From Psammoneis japonica (lineage: Eukaryota): DNA of 56,353 nt. Of the stretch, positions 22,608 through 33,802 are shown one piece after another. The stretch spans positions 1 to 56,353 of the forward strand of contig QPGO01000319.1 of assembly GCA_008632985.1 (NCBI GenBank), written 5' to 3'. Positions within the stretch are counted from its first letter, which is position 1; each line of letters opens with the position of its first letter. The position numbers and the translations under genes were made by a program. Under the pieces are notes generated by a model. That model searched no databases. It saw nothing but the letters and a program-made list of their open reading frames with translations, and had not been told where the DNA came from.

Positions 22608-23821
22608 CTAGTGTTTTGCTGGTCCGGTTGAATCTCCAATTCCTTCCTTATTGTACAAGTCGTCCAAGTTCATTCCGCTCAACTTGTCGCGTTGAGCAAC
22701 AAGTTGCTTGAGATATTTTACATAGTTGTGCTGCTCTGCCATTCGAATCCAACACATGGCGTGGATGAGAATGCTCTTGCGTCTGCTTCGAAAATCTCCC
22801 CACGCACTAAACTTGTTCGAGCTGTGATGACGAAGCTTGAATCGATTCTTGTAAAGCGTCAGTTGCATTCCCTGCATACAAAACTCACGACGGTTGCATC
22901 GACAGGTTCCACAGTGGCTTAGAGCATTCGGCTGCAATGGTACCAAATCCATGTTGTTGTGGACGAGCAGACATCTCAGCCGTTGATCTTGCTCGAGCAT
23001 TTGGATATTGTTTCTAAAGTCCATGCCACCCACCTTTGGGTTTGCAACGCAACACATGTCACGGGACGATCACGCGTACCAAACCGAGCAGCCGCTTCGT
23101 GTGCTGTAATCAATGCTAACGCCCCCCCGAGCGAGTGTCCGGTCAAGTATAATGCATGGTCAGGATGCTCTTTCAGTAAATATTCCACTTGTTCTAGAAT
23201 GATTTCAATCTTGCTCTTCTTTACGTCAATATTGACATCTCGTTCCGTTTGCAAAATCTTTGGCAAAGGGACGAGAGAAAAATCACTCTTTCCATACAAA
23301 TAATCTCGAAATCCTTTATGAAGAAAGATAGTTTCTGGTGAATCTTGCTGATCTTTGTCATGCATTGGATTTTCAATTTCATCCCAAATCATCGTTGCAT
23401 CCGTCTTCCAATCTTTGAACGTGATGGATCCACGAAAGCTCACCGTGATTGCTTTTCGAATCGAGTTGGTAGAAATGCCATAGACACACTCTTCCTCGGC
23501 CTTGGCATCTCCAAAATAATGCAATATTGACGCATCCAAAGTGTCTTGTTGTCGTTCCTCGAAAAAATCCTCCATGATCAATTGAACCGCTCGGTATTCC
23601 ATGGACCGCACCTTGCCCTTGACGGCATCCTTGTTGGCTCGTAACAGGGGACGTACTTGAGTTCCGTAAAGGGGAAGATTCAAAACTTGATCCGCACCCC
23701 ATACGAGAACGCCATTACGGGCCAATCGACGCATATCCGCAATGACAAACACAAAAATTGAATTGACAAGATTGACGCTGACTTCCTCAAAGAGGTTGGG
23801 AAATAAGATCGGTTGTGGCAT
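22608..23821 (-). CDS. Class-3 lipase
   Basis: TVSFRGS, YLTGHSLGGALA, NPKVG, DLVP and QH catalytic motifs. One frameshift near 23050 joins ORFs 22976-23878 and 22608-23057. Confidence 0.88.
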
Positions 23822-24194
23822 GCTCTGGTTCTCATGTTTCTTTTGAGCGGTGCTTTCAATAAATACTTTTCTCTGCAATCGACGGGAAAATATGCTCCTA
23901 GTCTACTCTAGAGTAGCTATGAGTCAAACAGCGTCGCGACAATGGCAACTGGCCAACGGCGACAGCATCATCATTGGCAGGAGAAAAGAAATCACTCAGC
24001 CCTCTCATTCCCGAGCAGTGACGCTGAGTCACGAGTTCAATCGGAAATCGGCGATCGCGCTTTCTTCTTCGAACCGTTCGAGCGAATAGAATGTATGAAG
24101 CGAAATCAAAAGTCGGATGTCGCTGCCACAAGCTAGAGAGCTAGCTCTAGAGTGGACTAAACATAGAGAGAAGAGTAGATTACTTTTGTAACAT

Positions 24195-25544
24195 TTACAA
24201 GCTCCCATCTGGGGCATTACGTTGTCGTCGAAACGTTTCTCGCTTCTCCGTCAACTCATCGCCCTCACTTCCAAGGCCGTCGCCTCTGTCTGCAAAGGGA
24301 ATGTCCACTTTTCCCGAAACCGCTCTACAAATTTGTCCCAATGTAATGGGATTGACACTGTACCCCGGTCGCATGGACGCCATATTGACGCCCCTCTCAA
24401 ACTTTCCAGCCTCGGGATTGGTAAAGCTAAAGTAAAAGAGCGCTCTTGTCGATCCCAACTCTTGCAGATTCTTACCACCCGCATGCATTCCTCTCGAATC
24501 AAAAATAGCAATATCCCCCGCCTTGAGCAGTGCTTGTCTCGGCCCAGAGGATCGTAAAAAGTCTTCCTTTTCCATTGGATTTTGCAATTTCGCGTGAGCC
24601 TCGGGTGTGTGCGTGCCTGGCAAAAATGTCGTCGGTCCCATGTCTCGTGTTATATCCTGAAGCGCCAAGAACCCTGTATAAATGGCACAAGCGTCTTGGT
24701 ACGGCATGTCGGAATGAATGGTCTGATGAGCCGCACCCGGCTCGGAAATGAGCGATGCAATTTCATACAAGACAGACTCGTGTCCCACGACAATCTCATA
24801 CAAGGCCCGGAGTGTGCCGGTTGTTGGACCAAACAGCTCGGTCAGTGCCGTCACAACGGCAGGAGCACACGGCGAGTCGGCCAGTGGCAAGAGTACGTCT
24901 CGTCTATTTGCGGAAAAGTTCAAATCGGCAAAGCGTTTCGAACTCGGCACACTGCCTGCCGCCACGGCGGCTTCTCCGTCGGCACGTTCCTGCAGGACGG
25001 CCGCACGCAATTTGGCTGCGGTTTCTCGAGACAGTGCGCTGTTGATTCGGACCACTCCGGTTTCTGCTAAAACAGAAGCTTGTGCTAAACCTAGTTCCAA
25101 CAATTCATTCGATACAGGCGCCAACTTTGGTAGTTCATCCTTGGCAGATGAATCTCCTCCAAAGCCTCTGCCAGCCGACGCTTTTTTCTTTTTCTTGGTT
25201 TGCCTGTTGAATTGTTTTCGCAACTCCTTGATTTTTGTCTTGTACGCTTCAGGATCGGTCTCCATGACTTCTTGAAATGATTCCACATCGGGCAAGTCTC
25301 CATTTTCTTGTAGTATGTCGGCTTCGGCTTGAGCGGTTCTCATCATGGAGCGCTGCTGTTCTTCATAGAGTGCAAACTGCACCGACGGATCTGCTGTGGA
25401 TTGCAACGCAGTAGTAGTGTATCGTCGTGGAAGCAACGGATGTTTACATTTTATTTTCGAAACGGGTGACCACGCATCAACTCTGCAGCTAGACAAGCAT
25501 AGTACCAAACATAGCGGCGTTGCAAATCGAGGACCTGTCGTCAT
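24195..25544 (-). CDS. Phytanoyl-CoA dioxygenase (PhyH) family 2OG oxygenase, likely plastid-targeted
   Basis: Motifs QTIHSD, LQDITRDMGPTTFLPGTH, GDIAIFDSRGMHAG and R-x-LFYFSF. Signal peptide ends VDA-W. Confidence 0.88.
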   Translation of the reverse strand: MTTGPRFATPLCLVLCLSSCRVDAWSPVSKIKCKHPLLPRRYTTTALQSTADPSVQFALYEEQQRSMMRTAQAEADILQENGDLPDVESFQEVMETDPEAYKTKIKELRKQFNRQTKKKKKASAGRGFGGDSSAKDELPKLAPVSNELLELGLAQASVLAETGVVRINSALSRETAAKLRAAVLQERADGEAAVAAGSVPSSKRFADLNFSANRRDVLLPLADSPCAPAVVTALTELFGPTTGTLRALYEIVVGHESVLYEIASLISEPGAAHQTIHSDMPYQDACAIYTGFLALQDITRDMGPTTFLPGTHTPEAHAKLQNPMEKEDFLRSSGPRQALLKAGDIAIFDSRGMHAGGKNLQELGSTRALFYFSFTNPEAGKFERGVNMASMRPGYSVNPITLGQICRAVSGKVDIPFADRGDGLGSEGDELTEKRETFRRQRNAPDGSL

Positions 25545-25864
25545 GGTGGAGTATTTTCAAAGAATGTGATGTGTGATGATGAGTGATGTATTGTACCGGC
25601 ACGTAGAAGTACGTAGATTTGTACTGGCAAATGCGACCCCCACGAGCTCGAATTTACTAATGTTTTCATCGGCTTGTGACATCTCTGACACTTCAACTAC
25701 GAGCTCTTTCACGTAGAAGAGTACTGAAATCTACACATTTCAATGTCTGTGTGTTTGCCTGCCTGATTGATTGAGTGCCGTGCTGTCCCACACCTCACAC
25801 CTCGCCATGGCGTCGCGACAACGCGGTATGAACTGAAGCGCATCCTCATCAAGGTACAAACAAC

Positions 25865-28800
25865 ATGTCTGAAAGCAACAGACGCACACGCAATAGAGGC
25901 GGTGCTGGTGGTCGAGGAGGACGGGGTAGTAGTAGTGGTGGTAGAGGAAGAGGACGACCCCACAGCGCACCTCGTCCTCCAAAGAATAACAACAAGCCGC
26001 CGCAACAACAAACATATCAACAACAACGAGAACGCCATGCGAAATCGCAGCCACGTACAATTTTGCAAAATGGTGAACGGGGTGCCGACGCTTTTACAGT
26101 TTCCGAAAGTGATCGTATTCGATTAACCAAAATTCTAATGAATCTACGAGAAGATCCCGACTTGCCGTCCATTACCTTTCCTCCTGACCTGACCAACACG
26201 GAGCGCAAGTTTGTTCATCAGCTGTCTATGCAATTGGGACTAGTGAGCAAGAGTTATGGAAAAGGGGAGAATCGGTAAGCATCTCTTAGAGAGTGGGGTA
26301 TGAACTATATAATAGTAGTGTGTTCATCTCATTCATTTTGTTTGTGTGTGTTTTGTTTTCAGGGCAATCACAGTTTCCAAGCGTGACTCTAGCGTCAAGA
26401 AGACTACCGGAGGAGGAGGCGATGAAGAGGGCGATAAGAGCTTTCCGCTACTCAAAGTTGGTCGTGGCGGTTTGCTAGCCTTGGAAAAACACATTCTTCA
26501 GTACCCTCCCACAGAAATGGAACGGCTCGAGTCTATTGAAACGGGATCGGGAGGATTGCAAGCTGCACTCGATAACGTTGGTCGTGCAACGCGTCGTCGT
26601 TCACAACCGCCATCAGCTGTGCCTTTTCGACAAGATCAACACAAGATATTGCAGCGACGTCAACAACAATACGCGATTGCACAACAGCAAAAAGTCAAGC
26701 ATCGAAATTATCAAGCCATGCAGACGATACGGAAAAAGCTACCTGCTCATGCGTTTGCTTCTCAAGTGTGCGAGGTAATTTCCCGAAATCAAGTCACGGT
26801 GGTTTCAGGTGAAACAGGTAAGCATGCCTTCTTTGTTGTGTCAGCAGTCAACGTCAAAGTTTATTTTCTAATTGAATGATCCTTGTTGCCTTGATGTAGG
26901 TTGCGGAAAGGTAAGAAGTTATTCCGGCGTTTTGACTCTACGCCGTGTTTCTGTTCCTCATTTGCTTCTTCTCCACATACTGCGCTCTGTCTCCTCCCAT
27001 TGCAGAGTACTCAAGTTCCTCAATTTCTCTTGGACGATCCTACCTTGGGCCCGTCTGCGTCCATTGTGGTGACGCAGCCTCGTCGCATCTCGGCAATTTC
27101 CGTGGCAGAACGAGTGGCTGCCGAACAGTGCTTGGAACCCATTGGTGGAATGATTGGCTACCAAGTACGATTGGAATCGGCAGTCAGTGTCGATACTCAA
27201 TTGTTATTCTTGACACCAGGCGTATTGTTGCGAAAGCTTCAAACGAGTCCGACATTGGAAGAATACAATTATGTTGGTGAGTATGCGAGGAATGTGTGGG
27301 GCATTGTCGTTCCGCACAAGTTTTTTGCACGACCTGACACACCAAACACTTTCTTTCTGATTCGCAATAGTCATTGACGAGATTCACGAACGGGACAAGT
27401 ATACAGAATTTCTCTTGATTACTCTGCGGGACATACTTCCACGTCGACCCGACTTGAGGATTGTTCTCATGAGTGCCACGTTACAAACCAACGAGTTGAT
27501 TGAGTATTGGTATGGTTTTGGAGAAGGCGGTGGACCACCCGCGGAAGTTAGTATTCCAGGAAGAACCTTTCCCGTACAAGAATTCTTTCTTGAGGATGTC
27601 CTTGCCATGACCAAGTTTCTCGATAAAATGGGTGGTGGCGACATGGATCAGTTGGACGCGGAGCTTTCGAAACTATTGGCACAGCAACAGCCGCAACCTT
27701 CGAAAAAGAAGGGACGACGCGGCAAGAATGACAACACTGCCAATTCCATTTTGAGCGATGGGACTTCGCTTGTATGTGTCATGTGCAACAAATCCGGCTT
27801 TTCCAGTGCAGAGGAATTGGGAACTCACGTGGCTCTTTGTGATGGAGGCGGAGGGGTGAGCATGGACGAGCTCGAAGACCGTGTACGAGCCATTAGTATG
27901 AGCAATGTGGTGCCTTATGACTTGAACGGAAACGCGGCTGCAGCTGACGAGGATGGAGGTATTGACGAGAACGCCTTTGAAGACTATGAAGAATACTCTG
28001 ATTATGATGACGATGAAATCCCTGGATTAGTACATGGTAAATGGGACGGGCAGAGCCCATTTGGTGTCGCGGATGTTGTATCAGGAAACACCATGACGCT
28101 TACGGAGGAAGAGATGCTGCGCCAATACCAGTCTCTTCACGATGATGAGCAAATCGATGACGTCCTTCTGTTGGAAGTGGTGCGTTTGATAGTTGAGTCT
28201 TCGTATGGCGACGGCGCGATTCTTGTTTTCTTTCCAGGCTGGCAAGAAATCTCTGAGTTCTCCTTGTTGCTAGAGAGCACACATCCTTTTCAGGACCAGA
28301 CAAAATTTAGCATCCTACCACTGCACTCTGGAATTCCCTCCAAGGACCAGCGAAAGGTGTTTCAACGGCCTCCTCGTGGTGTCAGGAAGATTATTCTTTC
28401 AACCAACGTAAGTCACTAGAAGACGAACAGGAGGACGTGAGTCAGGCACAAAACCTGTTAATGTCCTTTTCATTATGCTATTTTGTCCTCCGCATTCATT
28501 GCTAATGCTCTCGTGTCCTCGCCAACCTCTACCGTTCCGAAGATTGCCGAAACTTCCGTGACAATTGACGACGTTTCCTTTGTAGGTGAGTGCAGTTTTT
28601 CGCCTTGCTGTTCTTATTGCTTTTTACAGCAAAAGAATCTAACGTGTTATCTTGCTTCTTAGTTGACACGGGGAGAGCAAAGGAAAAGAGCTACGACCCT
28701 CATCTCAAGACCAGCACACTACAACCTGTTTGGGTGTCGCAAGCGTCCGCAAAGCAGCGCAAGGGCCGTGCGGGGAGAACAAACCAGGAGTGTGCTTTCA

Positions 28801-30110
28801 CCTATTTTCAACGAGACGGCATGCGTCCCTTCGTGAATTCACAGAGAGCGAGCTGCTTCGTACACCTCTTGTGAGTGTTTTTCTTCAGATTCACTTGGAC
28901 TTGCGTGCATTTGTTCTCACCATACTCTATTCTCGCTCACGCGTAGGAGGAAATGTGCCTACAATGCAAGAAGCTTGGACTAGCTCCTGGAGGGCCTGAA
29001 GATCCCGACGGGGTTCCCGCATTCTTAGCCAAAGCCTTGACACCGCCCCATCCGATGTCCATCAGCAACGCGCTTGATCTTCTCGAAGAGCTCGGCGCAA
29101 TGGAACCCGAGACAAACGAGCTTACTAGTTTAGGCGAATGTTTATCTGTATTGAGCGTGGAGCCGCGTGTCGGCAAAATGGTAATTTGGTCTCATCTCTT
29201 GGGATGTGCTCGAGCTGCTTCAAGTATGGGCGTGGCCATGTCGTACAAGAGCCCCTTTATTCTGCCTCCGCCATCTATGCGCAAAAAAGCTGATGCTGCC
29301 AGGGTTGACCTGAGTCGAGGCAGTGAAAGTGACCAAGTCACCATTCTCTATGCTTTGCGACGCCGTGACCAACTGCAGCGCGCTGGTGGATTCTTTGAAT
29401 TCTGTAGGAGAAACTTTCTGGGGGCAAACACTCTTCAGATGGTTGCAGATCTGAGAAAGAATATATCTCGAGAACTAGTCTCTCTCGGGTTCCCCAACTC
29501 GACGTCTATGGAAGGGTACCACAATCGACATGAACGAGAGTCCAATCTAGCCTTGTGGCAAGCCGCGGTTGCTGCCGGACTTTATCCAAACGTTGCATTC
29601 CGCAAGCGAGGCGAAGCAAACTTCTCCACCATGACCAATCGAAAGGCGAAGATACATGTCAGCTCTGTCAATTCCGTAAAGGGGCAGCCTCTCAACATGA
29701 AATGCCAAGTGGACAAAGGCGAGGTTGAATTTGTTGCGTTTGGCGAAATGGTTCGGGGTGTCGCGTCGTTTACCATGAATCAAACCACTCATTTGGCTTC
29801 CGCCCTGCCTCTGGTATTATTGTGCGGCAAGGCGCTACATGTCCGCCCCATGCCCATGGACGAGGCAAACACTAGCAGACAGTCCCGTCCAATGTCTGTG
29901 CTTTCGGTAGACAATTGGATTGTGTTTTCTTGTGAGGCGGAAACTGCATCTCGTTTGGTGATTTTTCGAAAACGTTTAGAGTCTGCCTTTTTGCGCATCA
30001 CAGCTAATCCTTCGTTGGGAATGAAGCAGCTTACAGATGCTGAGCGTCATGCAGTGGAGTCACTGGGTAACGTGCTAAAGAGCGCTCACAGGACGGCACC
30101 CAATCGATAG
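25865..30110 (+). CDS. R3H-domain DEAH/RHA RNA helicase (DHX36/YTHDC2-like), multi-exon
   Basis: RGG N-terminus; R3H (ERKFVHQ...SYGKGENR); GETG-CGK-ST split by an 11-nt micro-exon (26900-26910); TQPRRISA, DEIH, MSAT, STNIAETS, QRKGRAGR, HA2 domain. Frameshift near 28785. Confidence 0.92.
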
Positions 30111-30325
30111 TACTGTAATTGGATATCGGAGGCTGAATGTTGTTCTTTGCAAGGGCTCGCTAGAAATTAGAACACAGGAAGGCGTCGGTGTCACGGCCCT
30201 CTGGAGAAACCAGTACGAGTAGTATCATACTCTAGTAGACAAGTATCACAGCATGCATTTCTAAGTAATGCAGTTAACGTTTAAGTGCCGGCGTAGTCAG
30301 TAGAGATTGCTAGCAGGTTCCCTTT

Positions 30326-31816
30326 TCACCACATGAACAACCCGAGTGCTACAAGAACCACAAGCACTTGTAGGTTCGCCGCCTTGTAAAACGCAGACGA
30401 CTGAGTAGGCGACGGCGTTGTCTCCACTGGGGTTGGAGAAGGCGTTGTGCCCTGTGGTGACGGTGTTGTTACTGGTCCCGCCGTTTGAATATCTGGCATG
30501 ATTGGATCGACGTTCAAGTTGCTCATCCAAAAGTCAGTATCGGAATGCATCGCCTTGAGCTCGGGTTCTGGCTCTCCTTCTGCAACAACCGGGTAACCCA
30601 CTTGGCCTTCAAAGATTACCAAGTCTTCGTCTTCATCGTAAATGAAAAACTGAAATTCATGGTCCGCTTGAAAGAGAATGGGCGTCGTGTCGGGAGGAAC
30701 GCTGGTGGGAAAGGCGCCCAACGTGACTGCGGCGGCTTCGGTGCCCTTTTCATTGGTGCTGATATAGGTTTTCTGAATAACAACGTCCAGAAACTGACAA
30801 GATCCTTCAAACAAACCGCAAAAGCCTTGTGATGGATCAAACGGGGCACGCAGACCAATCGTCTGAAGAGCCGCCTTGAGCGAAGAACCGTAGGTGGCTT
30901 CAAACTTGAACTTGGGAAGAGCCAGAGCAACGCGTGTGGACGACATCAGACCGGTGCTGGCGGGTGCAGTTGCTGCCACTTGGTCTGACGTGACTGGAGG
31001 TGCCTCTGCCGTCATGGGAAGCACAACAATCATGGAAAGGACGCTATTGACATAGGGGAGTTTGACCATTTGATAGCCGGGAATGGCTTGGTCCGAGTAT
31101 TGAAAAAAGGCAACCTTGTGCATGAAGCGTGCAGGTTCCTCCAACGCGTTCTCTCTTGTTGGACTCGAGTAGAACGCATCCTCATTGGTGAGACTCTCGG
31201 AAAACTGAAGAGCCCATTGAGCCTTGAGATAAATGGAATTGAGCGCGACAAGGTCAAACGAAATAGGCCCGTCTCCTATAATTTTCTCAATGAGCCCGTT
31301 GGTAGAAGCATTGACCCACGAATTTACGACCGAACCTGCTTCAGGTGAAGAGAAATCGGTCTGCTGAAGAAACTCTCCAACAACTGCACTGTACTGTGGA
31401 CTTAGATCTCTTCCAGTCGTTATCCAGAGACTATTAGCAACCTCGAGCAAGGGTGTCTCGGATTCGCATACATTGTTAAACTCGGCAAGGCATCCGCCGT
31501 CATGCGTTGAAGTAAGTCTGGAAACGGTATCTTTCCACAAGAGCGAAGATTCTGACGGATCTTCACATAGTCCGACAATGGTGCATAGCTCGTCTTTGGT
31601 CTGTTCTGTACCGCCGGGAAGAGCGAGATCGAGCATAAGTGACATTCCCCACGTGGACGTGCAATCATTGTCATTGCTGTAAATCAAAGGAACGAGCGAG
31701 TCTGAGAAAGCACGGTGGGCTTCACGAGATACCCCAGCCCTTGACGACTGCAGCAAAGATAGAAGAAGCAGTAGCACACTAAGAACACTACAGCTGAGAG
31801 ATCTAAGGACCGTCAT
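30326..31816 (-). CDS. Secreted serpin with a P/T-rich stalk and a probable GPI-anchor signal
   Basis: Signal peptide; VNSWVNASTNGLI, NSIYLKAQW, LALPKF, hinge EKGTEAAAVT, FQADHEFQFFI; TTPSP repeats; hydrophobic C-terminus. Confidence 0.93.
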   Translation of the reverse strand: MTVLRSLSCSVLSVLLLLLSLLQSSRAGVSREAHRAFSDSLVPLIYSNDNDCTSTWGMSLMLDLALPGGTEQTKDELCTIVGLCEDPSESSLLWKDTVSRLTSTHDGGCLAEFNNVCESETPLLEVANSLWITTGRDLSPQYSAVVGEFLQQTDFSSPEAGSVVNSWVNASTNGLIEKIIGDGPISFDLVALNSIYLKAQWALQFSESLTNEDAFYSSPTRENALEEPARFMHKVAFFQYSDQAIPGYQMVKLPYVNSVLSMIVVLPMTAEAPPVTSDQVAATAPASTGLMSSTRVALALPKFKFEATYGSSLKAALQTIGLRAPFDPSQGFCGLFEGSCQFLDVVIQKTYISTNEKGTEAAAVTLGAFPTSVPPDTTPILFQADHEFQFFIYDEDEDLVIFEGQVGYPVVAEGEPEPELKAMHSDTDFWMSNLNVDPIMPDIQTAGPVTTPSPQGTTPSPTPVETTPSPTQSSAFYKAANLQVLVVLVALGLFMW

Positions 31817-32069
31817 GATGACTGATGTTGATGATGATTTATTTGTTGTTGCCCTTGTTATTAGGTCGCGTGATCGGGTGATGTTGTGTTGCCGGCTCCG
31901 CGTAAAATGGGGATGATAGATGTTGCGTTTTGGGGGACGTCTTCGGAAGTGAGACTGTCGAAGAAAGTTACGTAGAATTTGTACTAAAACAGTCTGTCAA
32001 TCAGTGCGATTGGGTATTTGGGACCTCTGGACAGATCCTACGTGTTTTCTTGCGCGTACAAAATGTACT

Positions 32070-33610
32070 GGGAAAACCCCCAAACGCACTGGCGATCAGA
32101 CCGCCTTCGACGATCTCACTTCCAAAGACGCCCCCCAGTTTCGGGATTCGCAATCATCAGTCGTGCGAAACAGGCAGTCGAATGGATCATGGATCGCCAA
32201 ACCAAAGAGCAGACCACGCACTCCAAGCTTCTGCTCAAGACAATGATGATGGACTCTACTCTCGCCCCTGATGAACAAAGGCATTGTCACCAGCTTGGCA
32301 GGCATTTGTGGAGAGGAAGAAGCAAATGCATGCAGGCACAAACATGTCTTTGCAAGTTGTGCTGGTGCTGCTCCTGCTCTGGGTGTTTGCAGGGATGCGC
32401 TGAGCGAGTTTCAAACTGGCATCATCAAAGAAAGATGGGAGGCTTCCCATCATGCTGTGCAAAAGTCATCATGAGGAAAAATGAGAAAGCCAGACTTGTG
32501 GTGATGAGTGCAAAAGGTCCCTGTGCTCTGTGACAAAGAACAGCTCACGACGCTCATCATCCACAATGGCGCGGGGAGGATCGGGCTTCTTTTGGCATTC
32601 TTGCATGTGCCATGCAGACAAGAATTGTCATTTGTTGTCATTCACCTCAAGGTCTTTCATGTTGATTTCATCAATTGTCTTGTTGTTGATGAGGTCATGG
32701 AATTCTGGGCATTTTTGTGAGACACTTCAAGTGCGTTCTCATTTCATCCATGCCACATGTCAACAATGCTGGCAGAGGCACACCCCACAAAGAATTCTGC
32801 ATTCAAATGCTTGCACATTGTGGCTTCCATCTCTTGTTGAGATTCCATGTGGATTGAAACTGCAGGTTTGAGCCAAAAAGACAATTGAGCACTGTCTGCC
32901 AAACTTGGCCAAAAGGAGTGGTCATCCTGGAGTGGCTTTGTTTCATTCTTGGAACCCTTTGTCACAGATGCACGGACATCACTTCCATCACTGATCATGG
33001 TGAGAAAGTCCTGCTCACTTCAATCAATCTCCGCACTCTTTTTTATGGCTTGAGTCGAGAGTCGAGGTTGAAACATCTGGCCTCATTTCTTCTCCAGCCC
33101 AGCATTGTGGAGGAGGAGTGTCCATCTAAGGTGAGATTGCCTTTGCCAGTGGCAACCACATGGAAGTTGTGGTTTTCCTCATGGCTCTGAACCAAGCAAG
33201 CTGGCAATGAGGGCCTTGTCATTGGGATCTTCCGCGCTGCGCCAGTGCAAAAAAGCCTGCATCATGAACGAAAGTGCAGGACACTTCAGAAGCCTCTGAC
33301 ACAAGAAATGCAAGTTGCGTGCTCAATTTTTCCAAAGTGTGCCTGTGCACTTTTGGGTGTCTTGTGAGAGTTTCAAAAAAGGCAAGGGCGGGGCTTTCTG
33401 TTGTCTTTTGCACATCTTTTGTGTGCAGCATGCACACTGCACTTGTCACAGAAAGTCAGCAGAAGCAAGTCCCACAGCTGTTGTCATTTGGCCGCCTGAT
33501 GGCATTCCCTTGTTGGATCCGGAATTTCCAAAATCCAAGATCGGAGGAAAGACTGCATTGGCGCGTGTGTTTCCGCATGGTCGAAAGGATCGAACGCACT
33601 GAGACAAACT
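32070..33610 (-). pseudogene. TpA-erased island 3 containing a decayed minus-strand ORF relic
   Basis: Only ~3 TA in 1.5 kb. Minus-strand protein-like fragments show C/H where Y is expected (FETLTRHPKVHRHTLEKL; SQKCPEFHDLINNKTIDEINMKDLE). Confidence 0.7.
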
Positions 33611-33659
33611 AACAGAAAGATCAGGTTATGGCGACACGGGTGGACGAGACGGCTTGCGA

Positions 33660-33673
33660 TTTTCCCGCCAAAA
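33660..33673 (+). promoter_or_regulatory. E2F-type site TTTTCCCGCCAAAA
   Basis: Matches the TTTSSCGC E2F consensus, ~130 bp upstream of the putative ATG (33803) of the SNF2-glycosylase gene. Confidence 0.55.
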
Positions 33674-33802
33674 ATTTCACCAAAGATCGCGGCAACAACG
33701 CATTCTCAATTCGGCCAGAGATAGCAGTGCATCTCGGATTCTTTCTCTCATACCCCTTTTGCTTTGCAATTGTCAACATTGAGCGAGGTTTATGCGTCTC
33801 TC

